DNA of 64,000 nt from Phoronis australis (Eukaryota > Animalia > Phoronida): NCBI GenBank assembly GCA_002633005.1, contig NMRA01000077.1:186001-250000 (forward strand), given 5' to 3'. Below the pieces are notes generated by a model, which saw only the letters and a list, made by a program, of their open reading frames with translations, was not told where the DNA came from and ran no database searches. Positions 48,229-62,881 of the stretch are shown one piece after another. Position 1 is the first letter of the stretch. Each line of letters opens with the position of its first letter. The position numbers and the translations under genes were made by a program.

Positions 48229-51200
48229 TCCTTTTACACTGTAATATGTATATATATATATACGTACGTAGGCACGTACATGCATGCATACACACATACA
48301 TATATATGTTTATATAATTAAATAATAAATATTTATGTGTATGTATATGTACACATTAATAAAAACAACGAGATTTATCAACTGCAACATGTTTCGCCAT
48401 CTAACAATATTAATCCACACAGTGTACAGTAGAGCTATCAGCACCCAACATAGCAACAAAACACCAATGACAATTCATAAGACCAGTGGCAGGCTGTTGT
48501 GCACCAGCTGTCTATTCAGTTCAGGCACGAGCCAGCTGATGTGAATTGACTCACGTATTTTGAGTTCCTTAGTTGCTGATACAGAATACTGAAGCATTTA
48601 CTGAATGTGTATTCAATATTACAGAGGCTGGATCTCTACAAATGCTCATTAACGTAACAACTATTATCAGAACCTAAATGTTTTTAGCCTTGGTTTTAAG
48701 ATAGCGAGTAGCGCAACCTGCACAAATTTATACACTACCTTGAACTTAAGACCAAGAGGGGTTTATCCTCAGTACTGAACAAAGTTGATAATTTTAGAGA
48801 TTAAAAGTTAACACAATTCTCAGATCTCTACAATAATTAACATATTTACGTGTGATTCATTATCGCTGTGTCGTTAAATCTTTTTTCGTCAAGCAAACTG
48901 CATCATGCCACTGGGGTGGAGATGGTGGACCGTCCATGATAAAGACTGTGGGAAAAACACGTCTCCATAAGTACACCAATACCTGTCGCAAAAATATATT
49001 GTTTTCAGAAATGATCAAATACACGCGGAATAAGGTCGAGTGGGATGTTATTTCATGTACGCCACTCGATGTACGTTTTGTATTTATCCCATATGCTTCA
49101 CCAAATGCTTCACCCAGACTGCTCACGTGGCAGATCACAACCTAGTATTGTATGTACTTGCGCGTTATATCACAAGTTGAATGTAACAACTCATTACTTA
49201 CAAAGAGATAACTAACCATATCACATGTAATAAAGGATATGTTGTTCATGGCATCTGCCATATGTTTAAAGTGTATTTTAAGTATGCTTTGTGAATATGG
49301 AGAAGTGCTCTTCTTTAAAGCTGCTATACATCCGCCTTTTGTCAAAAATTTTTTGAGGTAGACAAGGCTGACCTTCTATAAAGCTGGTCTTTTTTCTTAA
49401 CTCAGATCGGAAGTAATTTTTGGACTTGGAGGGACTGATAGTTGTTGCCTGAGACGTAGCTAAAATTGGTGTGTAACAGCAACTCATTTCGTAGGCATTG
49501 CCGAACTGAAAACAAAAACAGACAACTGCTTCCGGGGTAATTCTTAATCCAATGTTTCATCAAGAGAAATTTGAAATCAGCTTTAGTGTTTTAGTTCACC
49601 TTCCATTCCTGTTGCAAAAAAATGGGAAAATGCCAAATGTTACACATTTTGACAGTACGGGGGTCTTTTGACACCCAATTGCTCGAAACTTTGCAACCAC
49701 AACATGTGACGGTGTTTAAAGTCCTTATCTCAAAGGGCATTCTAGTTCAAAAACTTAACAATACATACCAACTTAAGTAGTATGTAACATGGCATAATGT
49801 TCACATCCTTTCTGTTCTCAAACTAAAAGCCTTTCTAGCACAATTTTGTACCTCGGCCGAGATCGACTATTCCCGTCTATTCCCTTGACCTGAGTTCCTG
49901 TGCAGGAACGATTCCTGAATGACAGTCATGTTGCCCTTGAAAACGTATTGATATCACCGTGAGCGTAAATGCGTTGTTACTTTGTTTGGTTGTTTTTGAT
50001 TTTCAGTTTGGTTCTTTTTATACAAACTTGATTATTAATTGTCCAAATTTTACATGTTCTTTGCATATGACAAATGGTATTTAATGCATAATCATAAGTT
50101 TGTGAATTACGTCGCATCTACCGCAGACAACACTCGGCTATTGAGGTCAGCACTGACTCATCGCGAGGGTAAGTCAAATTTCAGCAACAGTGCCTGTTTA
50201 GGTGATAAATTAGAGTTAAAAACTTTCTAGATCACCAAATGTCTTATCTTTATCGCCATATCGTAAAACTAATGCAAAGTACCAGCCTGGAGTGAGCAAT
50301 TGCCATGTGACTACCGGACGTGTGAGCGCAGTGCGTACTTGGCAGCAAATCGTCACCGGATTTATCGGTCGTTAAAAATGCAAGATGGAAAAAAACATCC
50401 TCACACGACCATGTTTCAACAAACAAAAACAAGTTTTATCTAAAAATGTGAGCTCCACACCTCAATTGCAATAACAAGCATGGGTGCTTGATTTTGCTGC
50501 CCGGACACAGTAACCGGCGAAGTAATTCCCCTACAGTTGCTCTTCGTCGGGAAAATAATGACTTGCTAAATTGGCTTTGATTTTCAGTTATTATGGAAAA
50601 TATATTTTAAAACTTAACAAAAACTTACAATATATGCCTCTTTTGTCAAAATATAAAAATGCCGCTACGCAAATGGGGGGAGAGTAGTGAATTGTAGTCA
50701 ATGAGCTGAATGTCGGCGATGGGAAAATATTGCTGTGTTATGAGCATTTTTTAATATCTTTGTCACACTAATTTCACTCATTCAAGGCCCGGGTAGCTAA
50801 TTAATGTGTTCATCTTGCCCCGCAGAGCACAGATGTCTGCGCACGGCAGGCCAGGCGGTCCGGCTCCGCCTGGTAGCAGCTTATACGAATGTTTCTGTCT
50901 GAGTGGGAAATATTTCTTTTACTTTAAACTCATACCGTTTGGCACCATGGCAAGTTTTCCTGCTGAAGTTATTTCGCCACTAAATCGTATTCTGTCGTTC
51001 ATCGAGTTGGCAGTCAGCCGTCCGGCCATCTACACTCTTTCACAGTACTACGACAGGTAGCCCTGTGGTTTTGTTGTTTAGCATGGCTTCTCATTGGTTA
51101 AAGTAAAGAAACCGACCTCATAACGTTCAGTCATTCCCATTGGTTGAAATCTGGAAAACCCCTTTCAGTTTGTTGTTACATAGTATGGTGATCACCTTTC

Positions 51201-53150
51201 ACTTGAATATTTGCAATTTATTAAAACGGGCAGTGATCGAAGCAAACAAAATCAAGGGAGCCCCTATCCAGTGGCTTACGACCAAACAAGTACAGTGCAT
51301 AAAGGCGTGTGCAAGCGATGTGGTCGGTTAACTTCCGACCAAGCATGCGCATTGATACCTACACACGGAATTCCGTGTGTCGTTCATCATGTTTCCATAG
51401 GGCCACTTTTCAGTATAGGTGGCGCTGTGTCAGAGTGTAGACCACAGCCGGTATAATAGTTTCCGTCTAAATTTATTTTCGATATCTTCGCAAGTTTAAT
51501 CGTCAGGATGTTCTAACTGTATAGCAACTTTATTAAATTATTTTGATATTGCATGCCTTCGCCTTTCGACAGTGCAGTGGTCTCGATTGGTCTGCAGCGG
51601 GTCATCGGCTGCAAGCCCGTGTCCGGCCAAATAATTTCTGTCAAAATTTATTTTGCCCCATTTTGTCAACACTTTCAGTACAAATTATCCCTATATTGGT
51701 TTTATTAAAGTTAAGGTTCGCTGTCGATTATTTTATCCTCGTTTGCAGGCTGGTAACAGACACTGTTCCAGTCGCACAGCCGGCGTTCTAAAGCCAGGGT
51801 TGTACTTCCGCTTTCGCGGTTAGTTCAAAATGGCGGTGTGTTCTTCGGGTCGAAATAATGAGTGGTACGTTTATTCAAACTTTCTTCGACTACGAATTTT
51901 GTATTGGTTATGTAATAGGTACTGCTTGGTTCCTTATAACCTCTTCTAACTATTAATGATGGTTAAAAACGTGTGCTACTAGGAATTTAAGGTACCAGAA
52001 ACCTTCTGTCAAAATGTTGTGAGAGAATTAGTGGGCTGACAGTTGCTTACTATCGCTAATTTTTATTGGCACGTTTATAAGTTGTAGACGGTCATTGTTG
52101 AATAAAAAGTCAAACGGGGCACCTTTGAGATTTCTCTCACATTAGACCGCTGTGAATTAACAAGTCAGATACAGGAAGGAGTTCGCGTCAGCGAACGCGA
52201 AAGTTAAGAACACGGCTTCAACTCGGTTCTGTTCCGAATTGTTCGAATAAAGATGAAAAATAGATTCCGTGGCAGAGCAGCAAATTAATGGAGGTAAATC
52301 ATTCACCTCATTATTGAAGTACATTAATTCTCAACCGCGTAAATTATTTTTTAAGAGAAGAAATAATTATTAACGGTGATAGCTAATTAGTTACGTGCAA
52401 ATATTACGTAATTCAATAATGGATTTGTTAATTTGTTCTGCAAATACATAATATACAAGGTGAAAATTTCATTTGCGCCATAAGTAATTAATTTAAAAAG
52501 TTAATTTAATTTTAACTGTTGATAATTAGTTTGTGCAGTAAAGAACTGATTTGCGACCTTGATAATAATTAATTCACGCACTTAACTCGTTTACCCACTT
52601 AGCCAAGTATAGACATTAATTATTTGCGCCTGAAATTAATTTTAACGGCGTAAATTTGTTTACGTCTTTAATAAAACTTAATTTACGCGCGTAGTTTATG
52701 CACGTAAATAGTTAATTTACACGGTAACTTAATTATTTGCTCGTCCAATAAAAGTCAATTTTACATTCGACGCGTGCGCTTTACATCGCCTTCCGAAAAA
52801 CAGAAAAAAAATGGCGTACGGCACAAAAATCGAAAGCATCCGTAATAGAATAGCGCAAATTGTCTCGGGAAGAGATTACACTGGGCGACCATCGGCCACT
52901 TACCAACAAGTGTTGGTTTGACATATCGATTTGCCAAAATAACGCAACATTTAAATACCAACTGCAATGGCTCACGTAAATATGTGCTCACGATCGACAT
53001 CTTCGCTTTTCAACTCTGGCAGTGCTGACTGCTTGCGGCCGGCGCTTGTCAACGTACAGCCACTGGCGTTCGATTCTTCAAATCCAGAGAGCATTATTTT
53101 CTTGCCTTAATTATAGATCCCTGAAATTGCCTATATGCAGCAACGTCTTA

Positions 53151-53613
53151 AAAGTAGTCAAACCTGGTAGTACAGTCACTGTATTAGTGCAAGAAGTAGT
53201 CAAACGTGGTAATACAGTCACTGTATTAGTACAAGAAGTAGTCAAACGTGGTAATACAGTCACTATACTAGTACAAGAAGTAGTCAAACGTGGTAATACA
53301 GTCACTGTATTAGTACAAGAAGTAGTCAAACGTGGTACTACAGTCACTATATTAGTACAAGAAGTAGTCAAAGAGTGGTCATACAGTCACTGTATTAGTA
53401 CAAGAAGTAGTCAAACGTGGTAATACAGTCACTGTATTAGTACAAGAAGTAGTCAAAGAGTGGTCATACAGTCACTGTATTAGTACAAGAAGTAGTCAAA
53501 CGTGGTAACACAGTCACTGTATTAGTACAAGAAGTAGTCAAACGTGGTAATTCAGTCACTGTACTAGTACAAGAAGTAGTCAAACGTGGTAATACAGTCA
53601 CTATATTAGTACA
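53151..53613. repeat. 42-bp minisatellite, ~11 units
   Basis: Unit AAGTAGTCAAACGTGGTAATACAGTCACTGTATTAGTACAAG, with occasional 1-nt-longer AAAGAGTGGTCATAC variants. Confidence 0.95.
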
Positions 53614-54312
53614 TTCCATTACTGCTGCACCAGAGAAAATTGTCTATAATTATTTCTTGGGAGATAAATCTTGTTTCCTAAATAGAAAGTCATTTGTCCC
53701 TTGGTTGAGCACAGCAGAATAAAACCCGCCTCCAATAACGTACACCGCCAGCCTAATGATTTTGTGTTCATGAAACGGTTTTGTCTCAATTTTCGTCTTC
53801 GGACTTAGTTAGCAATTTCTGAGAGCACCTACGGGTGGTTCTTTATCGACAGTCACAAGTTTTCGTGAAACTCTATGATTGCTTGGACTACCCCTAGATA
53901 CGCACTTAGTCACCCTTGGTTTTTCTGACACAAGCCTCGTTTTTATTTTGTGCTGATCTTGCAAAAATGGCTTTTTGACACTTGTTTCAATAAAAAAGTT
54001 GTCAATTTTGCAAAACTTTTAAGACATCTTAAAAAGTTAGGAATAACTATGTTTTTTTCTGTGAATGTATTTGACCTTAAGATCCAATAACTTAGTAAGA
54101 GTTTGGGTGCTTAAATTAGGTGGTGCGACAAAACGGGTGTCCCCACGAAGGGGGTAATTTTTTCTTTGAAAATTTTATTTTTGGACTGGGGGATGAATAT
54201 TATACTCACCTATACAGTATAGAATATCAGTCACTAATCTACACGGGTTAGTGCTGTTATCAAAAGAGGTAATATATTTAAGCTGTAATGTTTGCATGTT
54301 TCAAGTAAACAT

Positions 54313-55490
54313 TTTCTTCTCCGGTGTCATGTCCTTAGAGGTCGACTTGAAATGACCCGCCATTCTACTCTGCTCTTTGCCTTTCTGGTACATTCTTGCA
54401 GTGATAGATTCGTCTAGTCATTGATGTCGCCCAGCCACATTCTGCGTTGTTTACCTGTTGCTCTCACCCCTTCTGTTTTCCTTCTAGTATGTTCTTGCAG
54501 ATGGTGTCATGCCTTTCAATGTGACCAGAGTATTTCAGTTTCCTTTTTTGGATTGTATTTAGGAGTGATGGTTTAATTTTGAGCAAGTTACAAACATCTT
54601 TGTTCGTCTTTCTTTCTGTACAGCTGATTCTTGCCATCCGTCTGAATGTCCACATTTCAAAGGCCTCTATTTTTCTCCAGGTTTTTATTCATTGTCCATG
54701 TCTCAGATCCGTAAAGCAGTACAGAATGTATGTAACATCTCACAAGTCTTATTCTAAGAGTGGAGGAGATGTTCTTTGATGTTAGCACTCCTGCCATAGA
54801 GATTAACCTTAATTTTGCCATTCCGATGCGTACCTTTATTTCTTCATCACTTCTGCCATCCTGTGTGACATGTTGACCTAGGTATTTAAAATGCCCCACA
54901 TGCTCCAGTCTTTTTTCATTGATCTCTATGTTTGCTTTGAGACCATCCTTTTTGATATTACCATCACTTTTGTTTTCTTAATGTTCATATCCAGTCCCTT
55001 TTGCTGCTGCTTTTGTTAACGATGTTGACAAGTAGTTGTAGGTCCTGTTCATTATTGGCCATAAAGACTGTGTCATCTGCACATCTCAAATTGTTTTTAT
55101 CGTAATCTATTTTGCCCGGGGTACGCCACGAGCTATGTTGCAGAGTAAAACAAGAGGAGGATTGAGAATAATGTCATTTATTATGACGTAAATAGATAAA
55201 ATTGAATAAGACTCTGCAAGATGCGCATGCGCATGGACATGTTTATATTTCTGCCACCAACAATGACACCCTTCAGATTGCTGCTCTCTCGGAATATGAA
55301 TTCAGTGTAGATGTTAAAAAGATATGGTGACAAAACACAACCTTGTCTGACTTCTCTTTTGATTGACGTGTATGGAGAGAGCTCGTTCTGAATTCTGATG
55401 GCTGCTTTTTGGTGCCAGTACATGTTTGTTATAATTCGTATGTCTTTGCCATCAATACCGATCTTTTCTAGGCATTCTATCATCTTCAAA
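54313..55490 (-). mobile_element. 5'-truncated, decayed RTE-clade LINE (RT C-terminal half)
   Basis: VRQGCVLSPYLFNIYTE, NLRCADDTV (split by a ~140 bp insertion), FKYLG..SDEEIKVRIGMAK, VLLYGSETWT, IQKRKLKYSGHIERH..ILEGK. Short AGA-rich 3' end. Confidence 0.9.
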
Positions 55491-58400
55491 TTTCAGGGAG
55501 GTATAAAAAGTAGACGGAGAGGTCAGTGAGTGTAGTATGGTATTTGGTGTCGCTTGAGGTGGATATGAATCCAATGGTAAAATTTCAGCCAATTCTGTGA
55601 CGGGCCATGATAATTTTTTGATTCGATAGGTTCTCTCGGAAATTGCTACTTAGCTTAGCCCGAGTTTCAGTTTGACTAAGACATTTTTTGTTCTCAGCCA
55701 CTGTTAATGAAACGTGTCCCAGGTCAACAGACACATACTAATTTACAAAAAGTCAAAATGACGTCACACTAATATGCCCATAATGTTTTTCCAATGAAAA
55801 CGGAAGAGCGCTCACGTGCTCGTGCCGAGTGTCGCATCTCGCAAATACGCGCGACTAATGAGAATTTCGTACGACAGTCTGCAGCTCCGTTAAGACGTTT
55901 AAGCATTATCATGCTTGTGTGCACAGAACGCATTTTCAAGCTAGAACATTCTGGCTAAAACGTGCAAGCTAAAGCGTTTTAATTTGAAGGTCGTGTGACT
56001 ACTAGAGAAACTCATAAAGGGTTGGCTTACCGAATAGAGTGAACACAGCTATAGTCTTTTGTAAATAGAACTTATTCTGAACTCAGTCAAAATCTTGAGA
56101 CTTTTCAGTGGTAGTAATGTTAATGTGGTGTGCCTTTGCTGTGTATCGTGTTCCCTGAATTACATGAATCTCATCTGGGTTGAGCAAAATATTCTGTAAC
56201 GACTGAAAACAATAAAGAAAAATGAGTTGTGGAAACCACTTTGCAGTATAGCGAAAACCTGTAGTATTCAGGTCTGACTATTGATAATCATAATCAAGAT
56301 AGCAAATTAGTTGACCGATATTCTCGTCGAATAAAAGAGCCTGTGAGTTCGTTTCCTTCACTTCCGGCGGGAGACCTCGAGAGGTATGTAAAACGTAATT
56401 TCTTCTCTTAAGCAGACTCAAATTAAACTGAGGTCCGTTCAGTAGGTCAACAAACTAAGACCACAGCTCAAGTGGCTGATCTCGACGCAACCGCTAGTCT
56501 GGTTCAATAAAAGCCCTTGTTTCCCGTCTTGCACACTTGGAAAAATACATAACTGACAGAAAATATATTTAATGGGTTTCTCAAGGATAAAAATATTAAA
56601 GAAGTCACGTCTTTGTGACTTGCTAGGACCACCGGAAGTATTGAAATGCCAAAAAGTATCAAAAAATTGGACTGCATTTTTCACTCCAAAATTACCAATT
56701 CACGACTACCCTGGTCTTGCGCTGTACATTCCAGGAAAAAAGGTTAAAATATGTAAGCACCAACCACATTTTTACAATTTCCATTCATCTGAAGGGTGTC
56801 TGTATTCTCAGCTACTGAACAAGGGGTGCTCTGAAAATGCTTGAACCTCCGGATCTAGGTAGAATAGAGCAGAGTTCACGAATTTGCCCCCGCTCCACAT
56901 TTTTGAGTAGCTACAACTGCCCGAGCCCTGGTCTTAGACTGTAAGGACAATACTCGTAATTGAAAATTAGTGAAGTCACGTGCATCACTTGTGATGCATG
57001 CTTTTCTGATTTACATGTGTACTAAGGGGCACAGAACGGTTCTCACTGGGTTTTTCATCGCAAAACACACATCACTAGATATTTATTATTATTTATTATT
57101 GTGATATTTAAAATGAGGGTGGCCTCTTCAGTGATAGCACTGCTTTCCAATAGGGCCCTCAACAAGAAAAACAGTAATATAATACAATGAAGTAATAAAA
57201 CAACAATGAAATATACGTAACAAAGATGCAATTAAAACAGGTAAGGTTAAGAATTAAGACAATAACTAAATGACAAATAATAGTAAAAATTTAACTAAGA
57301 CAGATGAAATGAATTAAGAGATGACTCTAGACAATGAGAGTATTTACACCTTTTCTTCACTCTATCGAAAATCGAATGCAAAGAATGACATGTTTTCAGT
57401 CAATCCAAATCAAAAGCCCTATAAATGAGCACAGAAACTTACTGTGTCTTATATTCTTGACCCTTTCATTCCCATTGAGAAGCAAGGTAGGCTAAGCAAA
57501 CAAAGGGCAAGAAACAAAAATGACACTTTTCACCCCAACGCCACCACTTCCCTTCCGATGCACGACATAAACCAACATTAGATTCTAAAAGCACAGCTAA
57601 TCTCCTATCAATTCGAAAATGTGGTCCAAAAGTACTGTCAACCAACTAGTTTTTATAGTTCTGGCTTGTTTGAGGACTATTTGAAATCGCAGCCAATTTC
57701 TCAGTCGCTACCCAACAATGCACAATTGCAACAGTGGGTAGCCATCTTGAAGAAGAGTGCAGCTACAGCCGAGCAAGTGGTCTTTTTTCATTTTCAACAT
57801 GTTCAAAAAGATAAACAAACTACATTTACTGCGCTTACATACAATACTTACTTAAAAACAGCCCCCAAGCCTGGACTACCGTAGATTTTGATACTTTGGG
57901 TATGCAAATTGGCCGCAACCGAGGCCGCAGACTAACTGATCAGCGCCACCTTACGTTTAGCCGTTAGTGGCCATGGCGTAATGTTTACTCTCATTCTAAA
58001 CATGGTGTAAAGTTGAAATGACCACGGAAATCGTGAAACTTTTTTGATATTTTTAATAACACTTAAAAGTTTGATGTATTTTTGGAGTGGTAAGCATTCA
58101 CATTATCTTTAGGGGTTCTGTAAATTAGTGGCTTGTGAAACCATATTTCCAGTAAGTATTTTGTGCACGTGCCCATTTTGCTAAATTCAAACCGAAAAGA
58201 CAAGGTCTGTTTCACAAAAAGTGACTTGAGATTTAACACAGAAATTTGCTCTTACGCTTCACAAAACTATTTATAAGAAATTAAAACTCATCTCAGTATC
58301 TGAGAATATACTCATGACTGCTACATACTGAAAACAATTGTGCAAACTATTCCCAGGCATGACTAAACTTTTATTTGGTTATTGTGAAGTGGTAGAGTAA

Positions 58401-60764
58401 GACCAAATTTCTGTCTTGAGTCTGACGTCACATTTCATGAAACAAATCCCAGACTATATATTTAGATTTTGGGCTTATTGGTTACTTCAGAATGAGACGT
58501 AACAAATAATAGTTGAAAGTTAAAGGAGGCTAAAGATTCACTGTAAACGACCAATTGCATCATGTAGACGGGAGATGGGACTTTTAATGGTGTAGACAGA
58601 ACATTGATTCGTAAACTTCAGTTGTAACTTCACCTGTTTTAGACGTTTTTTTCAAACTGGCAAAAACCATGTAAAGCTGTTTGAAGGTCACAGGAGAGAT
58701 TTGACAGAATCTTAGTTCTAGGTTCATAATTTCTTACAAGATTAGCTTCTATTTGTCAAAAAATCGTTTATGACTCAATCGATTTTCTTAGATAAAAAAC
58801 ATGTAAATCGGAAACCAATGAAACTCTGTATGTTATCAGAAGAAACACCTAGGGAAGTTAGTGGTGACACAACATAAAATCTGAAATCAAATCTAGCATG
58901 CTTTTGGGTTAACTGCAGGTTGTTACGTTGCAAGGCTTTTTTCAGATCCGTAATTCATTATAAGCCTATATATTTTAAGCCTTACGCGCAGATATCTGAC
59001 CAGCAAGTGGAAGAGCAAGAGAGACGGGATATCCCACGAGGTGCTTAGGAGATCTCAACCAAGTGTTTTTCAGAATCATTTGAGTCATGGTGTAACAAAG
59101 TTAGCCAAATTTTTAATTTTTCTCGAAACTCTAGGATTCCATCCTTGCGATGGCGGTTTGGGTTTTCTAATACAATCGTTCATTATTTGGATGTTTGGAT
59201 CACCTATCTTCATACTCTTATACTTCAAATGAAAATCTTAGTTGGTTTTCTCGACCAATTTTAAATTTTGTCTGAATAATGTCCCACGTGAATAGTTGAC
59301 AATGTCGGATTCTTTGGGATCCAGGGAATAATTGCCGGAGATATGGCACCAAGAGAGGACTCGTTTGAAAGAGCGATCCTTAATGGAATCAATAAGAAAT
59401 TGGAAAATAATGAAATGTAGTTTAATCACTAGGTGACCCTACAACAAGTGACTTTCTTGTAACACAATATATTGTAAGATTTCACAAATACAGGATACAG
59501 GATAAGGGAGGTAATTGAATCCTCCGGAAAAATCCACAAAAGACATAAAAGAAGACATGAAATGGTTGGGCATGGATGCCATCAGGATCATAATTTCAAC
59601 AAACAAAATGGGTGATGCCAGCGTCAGGGCCCATCTGCGTCAAGTTCTTAATTTACAATAACTAATTTGTAATTTCAAAAAACGAAAAAAGGAAAGCTAC
59701 AGATGTCTCCATTATCCCTTGCTGGAAAAGGATCCCTGTAAAAATAATTTTGCATTCCGTAAAGATTATTTTCCTGAATTACGGGAAATTTTAATCAAGG
59801 AAAAATGTGCTTAAATAATTTCGCAATTTTTTGCGATTTTTTTTGTTTATTGAAAGCATGCTTTCTAAAATTGAAAATGGAATCTATTGACATAAACATC
59901 AAAACCAGGACCTCCAAATGATAATTACAGAACCGGTAGTTGATAAATGTTCTACAGCAGCGTGACTGGCGTTGGTATTTGGATGGGTCTGACCTCTGTG
60001 GCGCCAGATGGGCAATGTTGTTTCTTTGCATCCACAGCTGCATCTCCTAAACGCCTTGCAGGATCTTGTGAAATATGGCAAAGTTATTCCTATGAGACAA
60101 TGAGGCCTTCCCATTTTTAGACGGGTTTGACCTATTCCGCGCCACCTAGTGGTCATGTTTTGATATTAATAAACACCGTTTCCAGAAGCATAACGTTAGC
60201 GGTGTACTTGTTGCCGCATTCCAACACTTTGTGTTTCTCTTGCTTGAAAAAGTGAGCAAGTTAAAAAAATACTGCACCACCTGCTGGATTTTCAAACCAA
60301 GCACAGACCAGCCCCAAATATGCTTTCCTTTGGCCTTACATGAGACTCTCACCCGTATGTTTTATCTCGCACAACATACATTGAACATTGTGCATCGATT
60401 TCTACTGTTTGATAATATCCTGTCACCAGCTGGCCTTTGAATACTGTGTTACGCAACTAGATTCCTAACACCAGTTCCTTTGTGCTATCGGATATTATGT
60501 TGCAAATCATTTGCAAGCTAATGCTGAATTATTCATTATATTCACTTATGTGGTGGTCTGGTATAACGTCTGTGTTTGCCTTCCATCAAGATTGCGTGGG
60601 ACGCTAGAAAATGTCCAAATTCGGAACGCTTTTACAAAAAATGTTGATAGCATTTAGATGAAACTCTCAGATACCGTGCTTGATACACCTTTATCCAAAA
60701 CTTTGACAGGATTTGTTATTAACATGTTCCGCTATCAAGAAATAGAATTTTTATGATTTTTCTG

Positions 60765-62881
60765 AAAAGTCTCAATAGTTGCATAAAACGAAAACAAAGT
60801 GTTAATTTAATAAAAACATTCATATTTAACGAAATTTGACTGAAAAGACATGATCACCTGACCCAATTAATAGGAGACTGGTATAAAGTAAAAGAAATCA
60901 AATTAAACAGGCTTTTTTCTTTCAGAAAGTGTAAAATCTAAGAGTTTGTAGATATTTGCTAAAATCACAAACTTGCTTTAGGTAATATAACTATTACCTT
61001 GGGACATAATGTTTCACAAAACTACCGAGACTAAATTTTTTTGACTCAGCTTTGCTACAGTCAAAAAAATCGACTCGCTGAATAGACGAATTAACACTTA
61101 TAAATGTTTGTGGTTCTTCTAGAGTAAGTATGAAGCAGATGAGTATCCAGTGAATTTCTTGGCAAATCAAAGGTTTGGTGGCGCTGTTAGAACTTGTCGC
61201 TAGGTATGCACTTGACCGATTGTGTGCTAGAAGAGATAATTGTGGTCGTAACCAACGCGCCTGCTTAGCATGCATTAAGTACAACAAATGACCATATTGA
61301 AAAGTAAAAGTTAGCCGTTTTCGAATTGTCAAAATCGAGGCATTATAAGAGAAAACAGCGAATAGAAATTCTTCAGCAGCGCGGCTAAGCCACGCGCGTT
61401 AAGTTGCGAATCGATTAGAACGGGTTGGTCACAGTCTGGCTTAAACTCGCTTAGGCGTTGGGGGTAATAAAACTCCAAATGTTAGCGTAGGAATTGTCTC
61501 CTGAAGTTCGTCGTTTTTTTATCCACCGAAGCAGTGCAACTATGGTTCTGATCTAATCCTGACCGAATTTGAAATCTCCACCTCACTGTCCAAAAAAACA
61601 ACACGCTCTCGCGCATCATTTTAGTGAGTTTCTTTTTTCATGAGTTACTCTAACGTAACTAAGCTTTTTTGAACGAGATGTCTCGGCAATTTAGCGACAA
61701 TCACCTCTTTCGCGACCTTGATTTGACATAGTTTTCACTCATGCTCCGAAATAATGCCGTACTACTGCATCAGTTTTCCAGTTTTCAAAAAAATCACCAC
61801 GCCTATTTTTGCCCTAACCTTAAGTTTGTTCATGAATTTCCTTATTTTTTCAAAACCAGGTTCATATAAGAAAAATCCAATAAGTTGTTCCTGTTGTCTG
61901 TGAAGTACACTACTTTACTTTCTTCCTCGTATAAATCGGGTTGGAAAACACACATCTCTATACAACAGGTCGCAGTTATCATCAAGTACGTTGTGTAACA
62001 TACTGACGCATTTGTCATACACTTTGTAGGCTTATTAGAAATTTATCCTTAAGTTCACTCCAACGAACGCTGGCACTGATTAAATTTTCAACGATTTTAT
62101 AAGGAAGACATCTCCGCCTGTCTTTTGTCAGATGTTCACGTGGGTCATGTAGTGAATGTTTTAACCGTTTTGTGTTTCATATAAGAACACGACAGGGNAA
62201 AAGTCTCAACAGTTGCATAAAACGAAAACAAAGTGTTAATTTAATAAAAACATTCATATTTAACGAAATTTGACTGAAAAGACATGATCACCTGACCCAT
62301 CATTTTAGTGAGTTTCTTTTTTCATGAGTTACTCTAACGTAACTAAGCTTTTTTGAACGAGATGTCTCGGCAATTTAGCGACAATCACCTCTTTCGCGAC
62401 CTTGATTTGACATATTTTTCACTCATGCTCCGAAATAATGCCGTACTACTGCATCAGTTTTCCAGTTTTCAAAAAAATCACCACGCCTATTTTTGCCCTA
62501 ACCTTAAGTTTGTTCATGAATTTGCTTATTTTTTCAAAACCAGGTTCATATAAGAAAAATCCAATAAGTTGTTCCTGTTGTCTGTGAAGTACACTACTCT
62601 ACTTTCTTCCTCGTATAAATCGGGTTGAAAAACACACATCTCTATACAACAGGTCGCAGTTATCATCAAGTACGTTGTGTAACATACTGACGCATTTGTC
62701 ATACACTTTGTAGGCTTATTAGAAATTTATCCTTAAGTTCACTCCAACGAACGCTGGCACTGATTAAATTTTCAACGATTTTATAAGGAAGACATCTCCG
62801 CCTGTCTTTTGTCAGATGTTCACGTGGGTCATGTAGTGAATGTTTTAACCGTTTTGTGTTTCATATAAGAACACGACAGGG
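60765..62881. repeat. Near-identical tandem duplication around a single N (probably two haplotypes), differing by a 750-bp indel
   Basis: 60765-60865 + 61616-62197 match 62199-62881 with only a few SNPs. 60866-61615 is absent from the second copy. N at 62198. Confidence 0.85.

Noticed and set aside
48850-49510. Coding-like minus-strand fragments with splice-like sites
   Set aside because: No recognisable domain, and no consistent frame could be chained.
51800-51870. CTTCCG..AAAATGGCGG followed by a GTACGT donor (promoter or first-exon-like)
   Set aside because: The same AAAATGGCG motif recurs in many transposon remnants in this window, and no downstream exons were found.
59985-60050. VAPDGQCCFFA resembling an OTU protease motif
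   Set aside because: Short isolated match in a stop-ridden region, with no His/Asp motif in frame.
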